Assembly: GCF_006345805.1 (NCBI RefSeq)
Contig: NW_021825323.1
Location: 62,001 to 126,000, forward strand
Length of the DNA stretch: 64,000 nucleotides
Direction: 5' to 3'
Source of the DNA: Octopus sinensis
Taxonomy: Eukaryota
Positions within the stretch are counted from its first letter, which is position 1. Each line of letters opens with the position of its first letter. Of the stretch, positions 14,698 through 25,449 are shown piece after piece. The position numbers were made by a program, and so were the translations under genes. Under the pieces are notes generated by a model, which worked only from the letters and a program-made list of their open reading frames with translations, was not told where the DNA came from and did no database searches.

Positions 14698-15954
14698 TCA
14701 GGTTCCACACCAAGTTTGGTTAGAGCTCCCACACAACGATGAAAGAATTCCATAAGGGAGTCTCTGTTGTGCAGGTCTTCGTCCGAGAGGGCACCTCTTT
14801 GCGATGAGATATTGTCTGGAGGGGTGTTTCTTCTTGCGAGCAGCAGCCGTGCGGCCAGCTCTGGTACTGGAACAAGTGTCAGCCGTCGGCTTCGGGTCGA
14901 GTTTAAAATCAAAGTCGGAGTCCGCCGATGTCTGAATGCAGACATCAGTCTTGATCGGATTCACAACTGGCCTCTTTGTCCAGATCGACTCTGTGCGTTC
15001 GGCTTTCACCCAGCGAGCTGGGTTGCTGGCCGGCGGATTTCTCACAGCCCGTAAGGCTGCAGACGCGGCTTTGGCGAATGGGCATCCACCGTAACATGCC
15101 CAGTGTCCAGGACTGTTGCAGTTTATGCAGGTCTTGACAGCAGGGTCATTTGGTCTGGGGTCTGAGTTCGGACACCTATTGTGTCGGTGTTCGCCACCAC
15201 AGACCAAGCAACGAACTTTTTCGGTGCACTTATGGGACGTGTGTCCAAATTGGTGACACCGAAAGCATCTGACTGCCGGGGGCTTGTGCCATTCACATCG
15301 GATATGGCTGAAGCCCGCAGTTATTCCAAAGCGGATGAGGGTGTTGGCCTCTGCTCTGGAATCCAGGGTGAGTCTGCCGACAGGCATGTCTGTTCCATTG
15401 CGAGAGAATCTTTCGAACTTGAAGTCCGATTCTAGACTTTCTCTCAAGTGGAGGTTAAGATCCTCTGTCGAGATCCAATGAGGGATTCCTTTAAGGATCA
15501 AGACTGAGGCCTTCTCAGCTATTGAGGCAAGTTTATGGCCGCCTTCGCCAAACATATTCGATTGAGTCAGCTCTGCTTTGAACGCAGCAGCATCCTCGGG
15601 CGATCTGAATTTTAGAATGAAGGTGCCGGACTTCTGCAAAGTTATCCGAGCTTTGGAGGCAGTTAGCGACTTGGATAGGAGGTTAAACCTCTTGATCTTT
15701 CCAAGCGTCGGGTTTTCAATACTCAAGGAATATGTGAGGGTCTCATGGGATTGGGTCTCACTCTGTTTTTGGGGCCCAGTAGGCTTCGGCAGTTCTGTGG
15801 GATCCTCAGCTTTGATTGGTTCACAAAAGGGCTGTGGCTTTGCCGCTGTTCGTCTTTGAGCTTTGGCGCAAGCTTTGATTGATGAGAGATTTTGATTATT
15901 CTTGACCATTTTTTCTTTCTTTTCCTTGACCATGATATTCAATCCGATATTCAA
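14698..15954 (-). CDS. LINE A ORF1, gag-like nucleic-acid-binding protein
   Basis: Three zinc knuckles: CFRCHQFGHTSHKC, CLVCGGEHRHNRC, CINCNSPGHWACYGGC. Confidence 0.88.
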   Translation of the reverse strand: MNIGLNIMVKEKKEKMVKNNQNLSSIKACAKAQRRTAAKPQPFCEPIKAEDPTELPKPTGPQKQSETQSHETLTYSLSIENPTLGKIKRFNLLSKSLTASKARITLQKSGTFILKFRSPEDAAAFKAELTQSNMFGEGGHKLASIAEKASVLILKGIPHWISTEDLNLHLRESLESDFKFERFSRNGTDMPVGRLTLDSRAEANTLIRFGITAGFSHIRCEWHKPPAVRCFRCHQFGHTSHKCTEKVRCLVCGGEHRHNRCPNSDPRPNDPAVKTCINCNSPGHWACYGGCPFAKAASAALRAVRNPPASNPARWVKAERTESIWTKRPVVNPIKTDVCIQTSADSDFDFKLDPKPTADTCSSTRAGRTAAARKKKHPSRQYLIAKRCPLGRRPAQQRLPYGILSSLCGSSNQTWCGT

Positions 15955-16421
15955 TCCGATATTCGATATTTTTTTTTTTCATCACAACGACATAAAATTC
16001 AACCTATATATTAGGTTAATTAGAGTACAATTTAATGATATACTAAAAGATGCTTTAAAACAAATAAATTAAAATAATATTTTTATACAACAAACCATTT
16101 TGACTGATAAGCACATTAAAACATATTTTAAAAATGTGAATTGTGTGAAACGCTTTAAAGGCACATAATTTGATAGTTTTATAATTAACTCTAACCAGTT
16201 TTTAGTTTTATTTAAAACATTTTTTGAAATGTAAAAAGATAAAGGTTTAAAATCATCTGTAGATCTCTTATAAAAAACTCAAACTTTATCCAGTTTTTTA
16301 GTTTAAAATCATATATAGATCTGAAGTTTAAAACGAAAAATTAAATTTGTCCTTTTTTTGATTCTTTTCATGTGAACATCTTTGTATCTCCATTCGAAAA
16401 TTCTACTTTAAATTTTTTCAA

Positions 16422-16672
16422 ACCCTAAACCCAACCAATTCCCTAACCTTCACCCTAACCCTAACCTTCACCCCCAAACCCTAACCTTCACCCAACCCTA
16501 ACCTTCACCCAAACCCTAACCTTCACCAACCTAACCTTCACCCAAACCCTAACTAACCTTCACCCAAACCCTAACCTTCACCCAAACCCTAACCTTCACC
16601 CAAACCCTAACCTTCACCCAAACCTAACCTTCACCCTAACCCTAACCCTAACCTATACCCTAACCATAACCA
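16422..16672. repeat. Degenerate telomere-like (CCCTAA)n array with an ~18-bp higher-order unit
   Basis: Repeats of CCCAAACCCTAACCTTCA and CCCTAA, internal to G3. Confidence 0.9.
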
Positions 16673-17739
16673 TGAGATAAAACAGCATGCTTAATTTATT
16701 GTTTTTTAATGATAATGGTTAAGCATTGAAAAAATAAAAATCCATAATATTATTAATTTTTAAATTAATAAGTAAATATATTTCAATCATTTAAATATTT
16801 TAAATTGAAATTTTAAAAATTTAGAGCAATGGTAACGAGCGGGGCATGGTAACGAACAGGGCATGTGACATAATATGACTTATCGAATGATTTCTGCAAG
16901 TATAGGAGTCCCAAAATCAACTGTATCAGATGTGATTCAGAAATTCAAAAAAACTGGATCAATTAACAGACATCCGGGAACTGAAAGAAAGAAAATATTG
17001 AAAGAGGAAGAAATTTTAATTTTAGTAGAACTATCAAATAATACCCCCAATAAAAGTGTCAAAACTCTTAGCATCGAAATTAAAACTATGTTCAAAAAAA
17101 AATTTCAACAAGAATAGTATCTCGAATTTTAAATAAGAAAGGATTATATGGCCGAGCTGCTAAAAGAAAACCTCTTTTATCCACAAAAACTATAATTTTA
17201 AGACGTGAAATTACGAAATCATTTTTAAGCATTTCCGACAAGACATGGAAGTTGGTAATTTTTACTGATGAATGGTCTTTTGATATTTTTAATACCAATA
17301 AGCATCAAATAGTGTATATAGAAAATGGTTCTGCATACAAAAAATGCAATATTATCCCAACTGTAAAATTCGGTGGTGGAAAAATAATGGTCTGGGGCAG
17401 TTTCTCATATAACGGAGTCGGTAATCTTGTTTTTATTGACGGAATTCTTAATAGCGCAAAATATATTAATATTTTATCCAATAATATATTCGAATGTGCC
17501 AAAAAATTCGGGATAGACTCATTTATTTTACTACAGGATAATGGACCTTGCCACAGATCTAAAATGGTGCAAGATTATATTAAAGAAAAAAACATTATTT
17601 TACTTCAATGGCCGGCTCAATCACCGGATCTAAACCCCATAGAACATCTATGGGCAGAAATGAAGAGAAAATTATCAAAAAATGTAGTTCAAAAACAAAA
17701 ATGAGCTAAAGGACAAATTAACAGAAATATGGAATAATA

Positions 17740-18428
17740 TGTCACATGGGCGACTATGTCGCTATGGGCAGCCAGTCCTTTTACGTGTTTCTATGGAAAC
17801 CGCAGAAAAGGTATTAAATATTGACGGGATATTCCCGGAGGATATGAATGCTCGAAGCAAACACCGGTTGGTCAAAAAGGCTTCCAATTTTTGTCAAAAT
17901 GTCTGAAGAATCGTCATTTAATTTCGAGTTAGGGTTTGAGTTAAGGTTAGGGTTAGATTTTGAATATTTATGTTGTCACTCTGCCAACGTTAGGGTTTGG
18001 GTTAAGGTTAGGGTTTGATTTTGAATATTTATGTTGTCACTCTGCCAACGTTAGGGTTAGGGTTAGATTTTGAATATTTATGTTGTCACTCTGCCAACGT
18101 TAGGGTTTGGGTTAAGGTTAGAGTTAAAGTTGTTACAAACTTTGCAAAAAATTTGATGTAAATTATAATTTGCTAATGTTGCAATTTATATTATCAAAAA
18201 TAAAAATAATTCACATTATAATTTGCTAATGTTGTAAATAATTTTACTATTTTAAAGCAAGCATGGTTCAAATATAAAACATCATTTTCTCAAAAATTTA
18301 AAGTTCAATCATTAGTTCAGATCGCTTGCCTTTTATTACTCGGCCTTTTAGTAAATATTTGCTATGTAGTTTCCATGGAAACACGTAAAGGCCAGGTTGC
18401 CCATAGGGGTCTGATCACCCATGTGACA
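17740..18428. mobile_element. Ginger-like MITE G4 with internal TTAGGG-containing tandem repeats
   Basis: TGTCACATGGG...CCCATGTGACA; TSD TAATA; three 49-61-bp units containing TTAGGG (about 17929-18125). Confidence 0.88.
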
Positions 18429-18517
18429 TAATATATCACCAGAATTATTGAAAAAACTAGTAATGTCTATGAAAAATAGATGTTACAAAATTTTCAGTGC
18501 AAATGGTGGACATATTA

Positions 18518-19713
18518 TGTCGCGTCCCACACGAGCTACCCATCCCATGGTAGTTACATGTCACCTGTCAATAAATAATAATGCCTGTCAAATTTAATAA
18601 TTAATTTAATTCCATTGATTTCTAATCAATAATCGTTTCAACAATAAAAATTTATTAAAATAAAGCGTCTACGTTTTTTTAACTTGATTCATATTAACTA
18701 TTTTAGACTTCCCTGAACTTGTTTTAATCTGTTAAATAAAATAATAATAAAATAGACCTCTAGTCGATTGTTTGACAAAATTTGAACAAATTCAGCAGGT
18801 TCTCCATATGGGGATTCAAATCGGTTTAGCCTTAGGGAAGGATTTGTCCCAAAATCCTTTAGAACTCTAACCTAACAATTATTCACTAAAAATATTCCGC
18901 TCCCAATTGAAAAATCGTATTTCGATTGATGAACATTCATTTTTTATTCATGCGTTTAAAATATGGTGAATTTAAATTAGGTGGAGAAAAATTCAATATA
19001 AAATCACTAGCATCCAAGTTGTCTAGCATATGTTATTCAAAATTTACCTGAAACATCTAAAATATTTTCTACATCCATATCCTCTGATGATACATGATAA
19101 AAATCATCCGAACACTCACTTTCTTTGAAATTAAAAAAATTTTTATCATCATGAATGACGGTGTTTATACCAGAAACTCCTTTTAGTTTTTTAAATGGTG
19201 TTTCATTTATAGAAGAATGAATAGTCGTGTTATATGTAAAAGTGCTTCGTTTAATAAATTGGATCCAGTTTTTAGTTGATTCTTCACTCATCAGCTTTGA
19301 AAGATTTCGTGTTAAAGTTTGATTAAATCTTTCCACGATACCCTGAAACAGATAAATATTGTGTCATTACTTGTGATTGAGGATGATTTGGTCTTCCGTA
19401 AATATGTTGAATTTATATTTTATTTGTCTTGAAGATGTCTGTACAGGTTGGCCATTTAAAATATTGACTATAGTATGATATTCTGAGATATTTTTTACAA
19501 AACCTATTATTACATATACAGGGGAAAACATTTTAAAGAGGACATGTTGAAAATTGAATAATAACGCTAAAAATATTAAATATGCCCACACGAGTAACGA
19601 ATGATTAAACCACATTAATTATGACATCTGACAGCCAATGACCTCGTAAAAATGATTTATTGACAGGTGACATGTAGCCAGCATGGGATGCGTAACCACC
19701 ACGGGACGCGACA
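18518..19713 (-). mobile_element. Ginger-like element G5 with the 3' half of an integrase
   Basis: TGTCGCGTCCC...GGGACGCGACA; TSD TATTA; SQ/GIVERFNQTLTR with a 28-nt intron at 19343-19370. Confidence 0.88.
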
Positions 19714-20095
19714 TATTATGTCACATGCCCTGTTCGTTACCATGCCCCGCTCGTTACCATTGCTCTAAATTTTTAAAATTTCAATTTAAAATATTTAAAT
19801 GATTGAAATATATTTACTTATTAATTTAAAAATTAATTTTAAACCTTTATCTTTTTACATTTCAAAAAATGTTTTAAATAAAACTAAAAACTGGTTAGAG
19901 TTAATTATAAAACTATCAAATTATGTGCCTTTAAAGCGTTTCACACAATTCACATTTTTAAAATATGTTTTAATGTGCTTATCAGTCAAAATGGTTTGTT
20001 GTATAAAAATATTATTTTAATTTATTTGTTTTAAAGCATCTTTTAGTATATCATTAAATTGTACTCTAATTAACCTAATATATAGGTTGAATTTT

Positions 20096-21181
20096 ATGTC
20101 GTTTCTCGTATCAAAGATGAGGAGGGGTCACACTCCTCTCAAGTCTCTGAACAATCCAAACTGTACTGAGTCTCTTGTCCTCTCGCTGCAGATAAAAAAT
20201 TATGCGATTGGACGAATAAAGTCCTTTAATATTCTAACCAAATCCGAGACTGCACAGAAGGCCCGAATTACTGCCAGGAAGTCTGGGGACTTTACCCTCG
20301 AATTCTCAAATTCTAGTGACAGGGACTCGTTTGTGAATGACTTCGAGTATAACAAACCATTTGGCCAGGACGGCCATTATATTTCTGCGTGCAGTCTGCA
20401 ACCATCGACCGTAGTCTTGAAGGGAATACCATCTTGGGTCTCCGAGGAAGACCTGGATCTTTACCTCAAAGAAATTCTCAACCCCGGTTTTACTTTCCAA
20501 CGGTTCTACAAAAATGGACGGAGTGTACCTGTTGGAAAGTTGAGTCTGAATTCGAGGGCAGAAGCCACTTCGCTTGTAAGGATGGGAATCGAAGTGGGAT
20601 TTCAAAAAATACGATGCGAATGGTTTAAAAACCCAGCAACAAGATGCTTTCGCTGCCAACAATTTGGTCACATTGCTAACTTCTGCAAAGAAGTGGAAAG
20701 ATGTCTTTTCTGTGGTGGTGATCATAATATGAAAATGTGCCCGATTAAAGGAAAAACTGAGAAAAAATGTATAAACTGCGGTCTGAGTGGGCATTTGGCT
20801 TGCTACGGTGGCTGCTCTTCAGCTAAGGCAGCCACTGAACAACTAAAAAAGCAGCTCAGTGCCAGGGACAGACTGGCCAAAGCAGAACACTCAAAAACTG
20901 TATGGTCAAAAGCGGAGGCCGTTGAATCTGTATGGCGAAAACCCACAATTTCCCGCTGTTTTGACTCCTCAACGCAAACAGATGTTAGTGAAGACGCAAC
21001 TTTGCCTCCCAATACACAACACACAGAGCCTCCAACCCGCTTTAAGAGGAAAGCACCAACTATCGACGTTGAGCTTACCTCTATGATTCGCAAAATAATC
21101 GCTATATGCGATGAAAAAGGCCTCGATATCAACAATCTGTTGTCCCTTTCTCTTGGAAGGGAAAGGATTGATCAGGCGTGA
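20096..21181 (+). CDS. LINE B ORF1, gag-like protein with three zinc knuckles
   Basis: CFRCQQFGHIANFC, CLFCGGDHNMKMC, CINCGLSGHLACYGGC; aligns by eye with LINE A ORF1. Confidence 0.88.
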   Translation: MSFLVSKMRRGHTPLKSLNNPNCTESLVLSLQIKNYAIGRIKSFNILTKSETAQKARITARKSGDFTLEFSNSSDRDSFVNDFEYNKPFGQDGHYISACSLQPSTVVLKGIPSWVSEEDLDLYLKEILNPGFTFQRFYKNGRSVPVGKLSLNSRAEATSLVRMGIEVGFQKIRCEWFKNPATRCFRCQQFGHIANFCKEVERCLFCGGDHNMKMCPIKGKTEKKCINCGLSGHLACYGGCSSAKAATEQLKKQLSARDRLAKAEHSKTVWSKAEAVESVWRKPTISRCFDSSTQTDVSEDATLPPNTQHTEPPTRFKRKAPTIDVELTSMIRKIIAICDEKGLDINNLLSLSLGRERIDQA

Positions 21182-23971
21182 GCCCCTTTCTGTCTATTAT
21201 CGCTGTGAACGCACGTTCTCTAAAGAGAAGGCGTTCAGAGATTGAGGATATGTTATCCCATAACCCCGTGGACCTTTTGATCGTAAACGAAACAAAAATC
21301 AAAAAACATGATGATTACTACTTGGATGGCTATCGTTCCCTTGATATTAAGTGGAAGCCGGGCTCGATCGCTGGAACAGGCACTTCTATCTACTACAAAT
21401 CAACTCTAAGGGTGAAAAATCTAAAAATTGTGTCCGAGGAATTGTGTGAATTCCTCACAATCGACGTCCTTCTGGAAAAAGGGTGGGTAACAATCGGAGG
21501 GATGTACTCAAAATCCCTTTCCAATTACTCATCGCTTATCAAGGACTTTTTTGCCGATAAACACAATCATTTGTCAATACTCCTCGGGGATCTAAATGCC
21601 AAATGCACATCTTTTGGCTGTCTGAGAACCAACAGGGATGGCATCATTCTTAAGAAGCTTTCAGAATCTCTCAGTTTCTCGGTCATCACATCAAAAACCC
21701 CAAATCATTACTCACCAGGAGGGTGGGACTATTTGGGCGTAGCATTGGTCTCTATGTCTACTCTTCAATTTATGGAACAACCGTACACCTTAAATGATAT
21801 TGGAAGTGACCATCTACCAATTTTATACAAACTCAACCTTGGACCTTTAAAGGGTAAACCAACTTTTATACGATATAACCTCTCGACTATAAACTGGGAA
21901 CACTACCGAAAATGTTTTACACTTTATCTGAGCAATTTCGCTCCTAAACTTGACGAAAATTCTTCATCTGAGGACCTCGAGAAGTCTAGCAATTCCCTTA
22001 TTGGATACATAAAGTCTTATCTGGAAACATATTCTACAAAAATCGTCTCAAACAATAGGAAAACTCACATGCCAAACATGAATGTTGAAATCCTACTAAG
22101 GAAAAAACAATGTCTAAGGAACAAACTCCGGCGCTGCGCAGATTTTCGTGACCGGTCCGTTTTGGAAAGTGAAATCTTCACCATTACGGAAGAAATAAGA
22201 AAATCGGCGAAGGTGGCGAAGGATAAAAAATGGAATACTGAGTGCAAAAAGCTACATAAAGGAAGTCCAAATTTTTGGAAGGTCTACTCGAAATTAACCT
22301 CGACGTCTGAGAAAACTATACCTAAACTGCTAAAACAAGATGGATCCCCTGCATCTCATGAAGAAATCCCGAACATATTTGCTGATAGTCTCAAAAGAAT
22401 ACAAGAAGTCAATCCGGATACAAATCTATCTGATTCAGCTTTGTTTGATATGGAAAAAGAGTTGGAAGACAATCTTAGCTCATTACCAATGTGCTCGGAA
22501 TCTATAACGTGCAAAGACGTGGAAAATGCAGTTAGATACTCCAAAAATAACGCTCCGGGAAAGGACAAGATAACCATGCGCATGTTCAAAGAAGCTCCCA
22601 AGCAACTTTACGAATATTTGGGATGTCTCTTCTCCCGCAGTGTGAGCTTGGGATACGTCCCTTCTTCATGGAAACTGACGGAGGTAAGGATGATACGGAA
22701 GCCTGGAAAACCTGGTTACTTGGCGACAAGTTATAGGCCTATAAGCCTAATTCCTACCATCAGTCGAATAATGGAAAGGGTAATGTTTGAACGACTCTCT
22801 GAACACGTCGAGAGAAATGGTTATCTCAAAGACGTGCAGTGGGGCTTTCGGAGGGGTCGTTCCTGTGCTGACTGTCTTTATACACTCAATTCGTCGATTG
22901 TAAAGGCTCTGGATTTCAAAGAGTGTCTGACAATTGTGTCTCTAGACATCTCAAAAGCCTTTGATATGGTTTGGCACCTCGGTCTCCTTAGACATCTGGC
23001 GAAGTGTCACATAGACAAAGGACTATTCCTATGGCTAAAAGACTTCCTCCGCGACAGGCGCTCTGTGATAAGCTTTCTGAACTATGACTCGGATGAACTG
23101 AAACTTAAAAGAGGCGTCCCTCAAGGATCAGTCCTCAGTCCTCTATTATTCAACATTGTGATGAGCAATCTGCCGTCTCCTGTCAACACACGGACGGAAA
23201 TTTTGATATACGCCGATGATGTTGTAATCCTTGACATTTCATCGAAACCTGCCTTATCCGAACAAAGGATTATATCATATATGAATACAGTGGAGCAATG
23301 GTGCGATGAAAATATGTTCATTATTGCGCGTGAGAAGTCCGCATTACTGAGAATCACAGAAAGCAGAAATTTAATAAATTTACCGTGCCTGATCAAGAAC
23401 ATACCTCGACAAAACTCAATTAAATATCTTGGCTTGTTCATCGATGAAAAGGAAACTATCTCGAAAACGCAAAATTAAGTAAAAGGAAAGCAACTAATGC
23501 TCTGTTCTGCCTGAGGAAGTTAAATTTGGAGCCTGATACTTTCCTCTACGTTTTCAATACGGTGATCCTACCGGGACTACTATACGGAAAAGAGGGATGG
23601 TACTTCTCTAAAAAGAAGGACACCATCTTAACTAAATTTGAAAAGTCTCGCAGGCTCGCTTTGAAGCTTGCTTACCACCAAAAAGTTGAAGATCCAATCC
23701 CCCTGTGGCTTGAAAGTAAATCCTCCATGGTCGGTGAAACTGTCGAAAAAGCTATAAGTGGTTATAAATCCAACTCAATTGTCACTGGGACGTACCTGCA
23801 GAGGTAGAAAAGAAAAAAAAAAAAAAAAAAAAAAATTTACTTGAGAGGGTCTCTTTTTTTTTTCTGGGAAGAAGTCGATAGGGTAGTCCTATTGTTTCAT
23901 TATACAAACTCCCCCCTAACCTTTAACCCTTCTCTGTTTCCAATAAAACTTCCTATTCCTATTTCTCTCTC
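20104..23971 (+). mobile_element. APE-type LINE B (Jockey/I-like), divergent from LINE A
   Basis: TSD TCGTT (20099-20103, 23972-23976); AATAAAA and a CT-rich tail. Confidence 0.92.
21178..23807 (+). pseudogene. LINE B ORF2 (APE plus RT), frameshift near 23450
   Basis: 766-aa ORF with GDLNAK, GSDHLP, YRPISL, GVPQGS, YADD; C-terminus in ORF 23526-23807; overlaps the ORF1 stop (GTGA). Confidence 0.92.
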
Positions 23972-24146
23972 TCGTTGTGATTGATTATTAATTTTTCTAA
24001 AAAATTGAAAAATCATTAATCAATTATTTCTCAGAAATAATTCGGAGGTAACGATTGGGGCATAGTAATCTCTGAGGCATGTGACATAATAGCATAATTA
24101 ATAATTATTACACAATTATTATTATTTTTTTCCGGTTTTACATGTC

Positions 24147-25300
24147 TTTCCTCGTTTGGAGTACGCACTTCGCACTTCTCCCTGTTTCCGATTCCCGGAT
24201 GCAGTCGGAGACTTCGATTCGCTGCTCAGGAATACTCTCGTTTAAATCTCAAACGTACATTTTGACGAAATGGGGTGGAAACAGGCTATCCTGCCTATCA
24301 GGCACGGGGGTCTCGGATTCCAAGCCCCCTCGGTCCTCTCCTTGCCATGCTTTCTTTCTTCCTCTCACCGATGCATGCCTCTCGTAGTCCAGATCCTTCC
24401 TCCTCCCTCTGGATCGCTCACGGACTCAGAGCTTTCATACGGCACATCGTTGTGGACAGATTGCGGACTAAAAACTCCCGTTGACCTATGCCTTATGCGC
24501 GAATGGACGGAGATCAGCAGCTCTCAGTCTTTCCGGTACTTACTGTCTCACGGAGACCAACACCGGCGTGCTTGTCTGTTGTCTGGAGCATCTCCACGGA
24601 CTGGCGCCTGGATCAACGCCTATCCTTCCCCTGCAGCTGGAACCTTCCTGGACCCAGACTGCTTAAGAATCGGAATATCTCTCCGACTCGGCTTGGACAT
24701 TTGCCAGCCTCACCAATGCCGTTGCGGGGCTCATATAGACCGCAAAGGTCTACACCCGCTCTCCTGCCGCAAATGCCCTGGGAGGTTCCCCAGGCACGGA
24801 CAGCTTAATTCCATAATAAAGCGTCTGCTCGAGGCAACCGGCATCCCGTGCCAGCTGGAGCCCTCTGGCCTTAACAGGGGCGATGGCAAGAGGCCGGACG
24901 GCGTCTCGCTCTTCCCGTTCAAGTGCGGCAAAGCAATCGTCTGGGACGCGACATGCTCTGACACTTTCGCGTCAACATGCCTTCTCGCGTCCGCGATCGA
25001 AGCTGGCACAGCGGCGAGGAGGGCAGAGACCCGGAAGAAAGACAAGTACGCCTCGCTCGCCGACAGATTCCTCTTTGTGCCTGTTTCAGTCGAAACATCA
25101 GGCACATTCGGCCCAGCCACGCTACGTTTTCTCACCGAGAGAGGCCGTCACCTCGGGAGGATTAGAAACGACCCCCGCGAGGTCAATCGGCTTTTTGAGC
25201 GCGTCTCAATAGCCGTACTCAGGGGGAACAGTTTCTCTATTCTCTCTGCGGCTAGTAGCTGACTTCCTGTTCCATTTTCTTTTCTACTAGCAAACAATTT
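24147..25300 (+). mobile_element. 5'-truncated CRE-clade retrotransposon
   Basis: ORF 24270-25262 with CRCG..GLHPLSC, GDGKRPDG, WDATC; lies in the right TIR of T2. Confidence 0.85.
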
Positions 25301-25449
25301 ATTATTCATTATTATTAAGTAAAAATATTAGGCATAAGTTTTTGATTTTTCATATTTCTTAATAATAAAATGGTATGGTGTGTGTCTGTCTGTCTGTCTG
25401 TCTGTGTGTCTGTCTGTCTGTCTGTGTGTGCACACCAACTTCAAATTGG

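Larger units (their letters stand above)
11906..15980 (-). mobile_element. Near full-length APE-type LINE A (Jockey/I-like)
   Basis: 10-bp TSD ATCACAACGA (11896-11905, 15981-15990); AATAAAA plus (TTCG)n tail; ORF1 and ORF2 present. Confidence 0.92.
11791..16870 (-). mobile_element. Non-autonomous Ginger-like element G3 (family X) carrying LINE A
   Basis: TGTCACATGCC...GGCATGTGACA ends; TSD TAATA; both arms nearly identical to G6 in inverted orientation. Confidence 0.9.
19719..24086 (+). mobile_element. Non-autonomous Ginger-like element G6 (family X) carrying LINE B
   Basis: Same ends as G3; flanks TATTA and TAATA (one mismatch). Confidence 0.88.

Noticed and set aside
14524-15859. Many short ORFs antisense to or overlapping LINE, CRE and R4 ORFs (here and throughout)
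   Set aside because: Shadow ORFs of GC-richer retroelement coding sequence with no recognisable motifs.
16422-16672. True chromosome end
   Set aside because: The repeats are degenerate and lie inside a TIR-bounded element with continuous sequence on both sides.
11791-24086. A single 12.3-kb element with 115-bp TIRs containing two divergent LINEs
   Set aside because: The inner ends at 16870 and 19719 show two separate copies of one MITE in opposite orientation; G3 has its own TSD and the Tc1 ORF resumes right after it.
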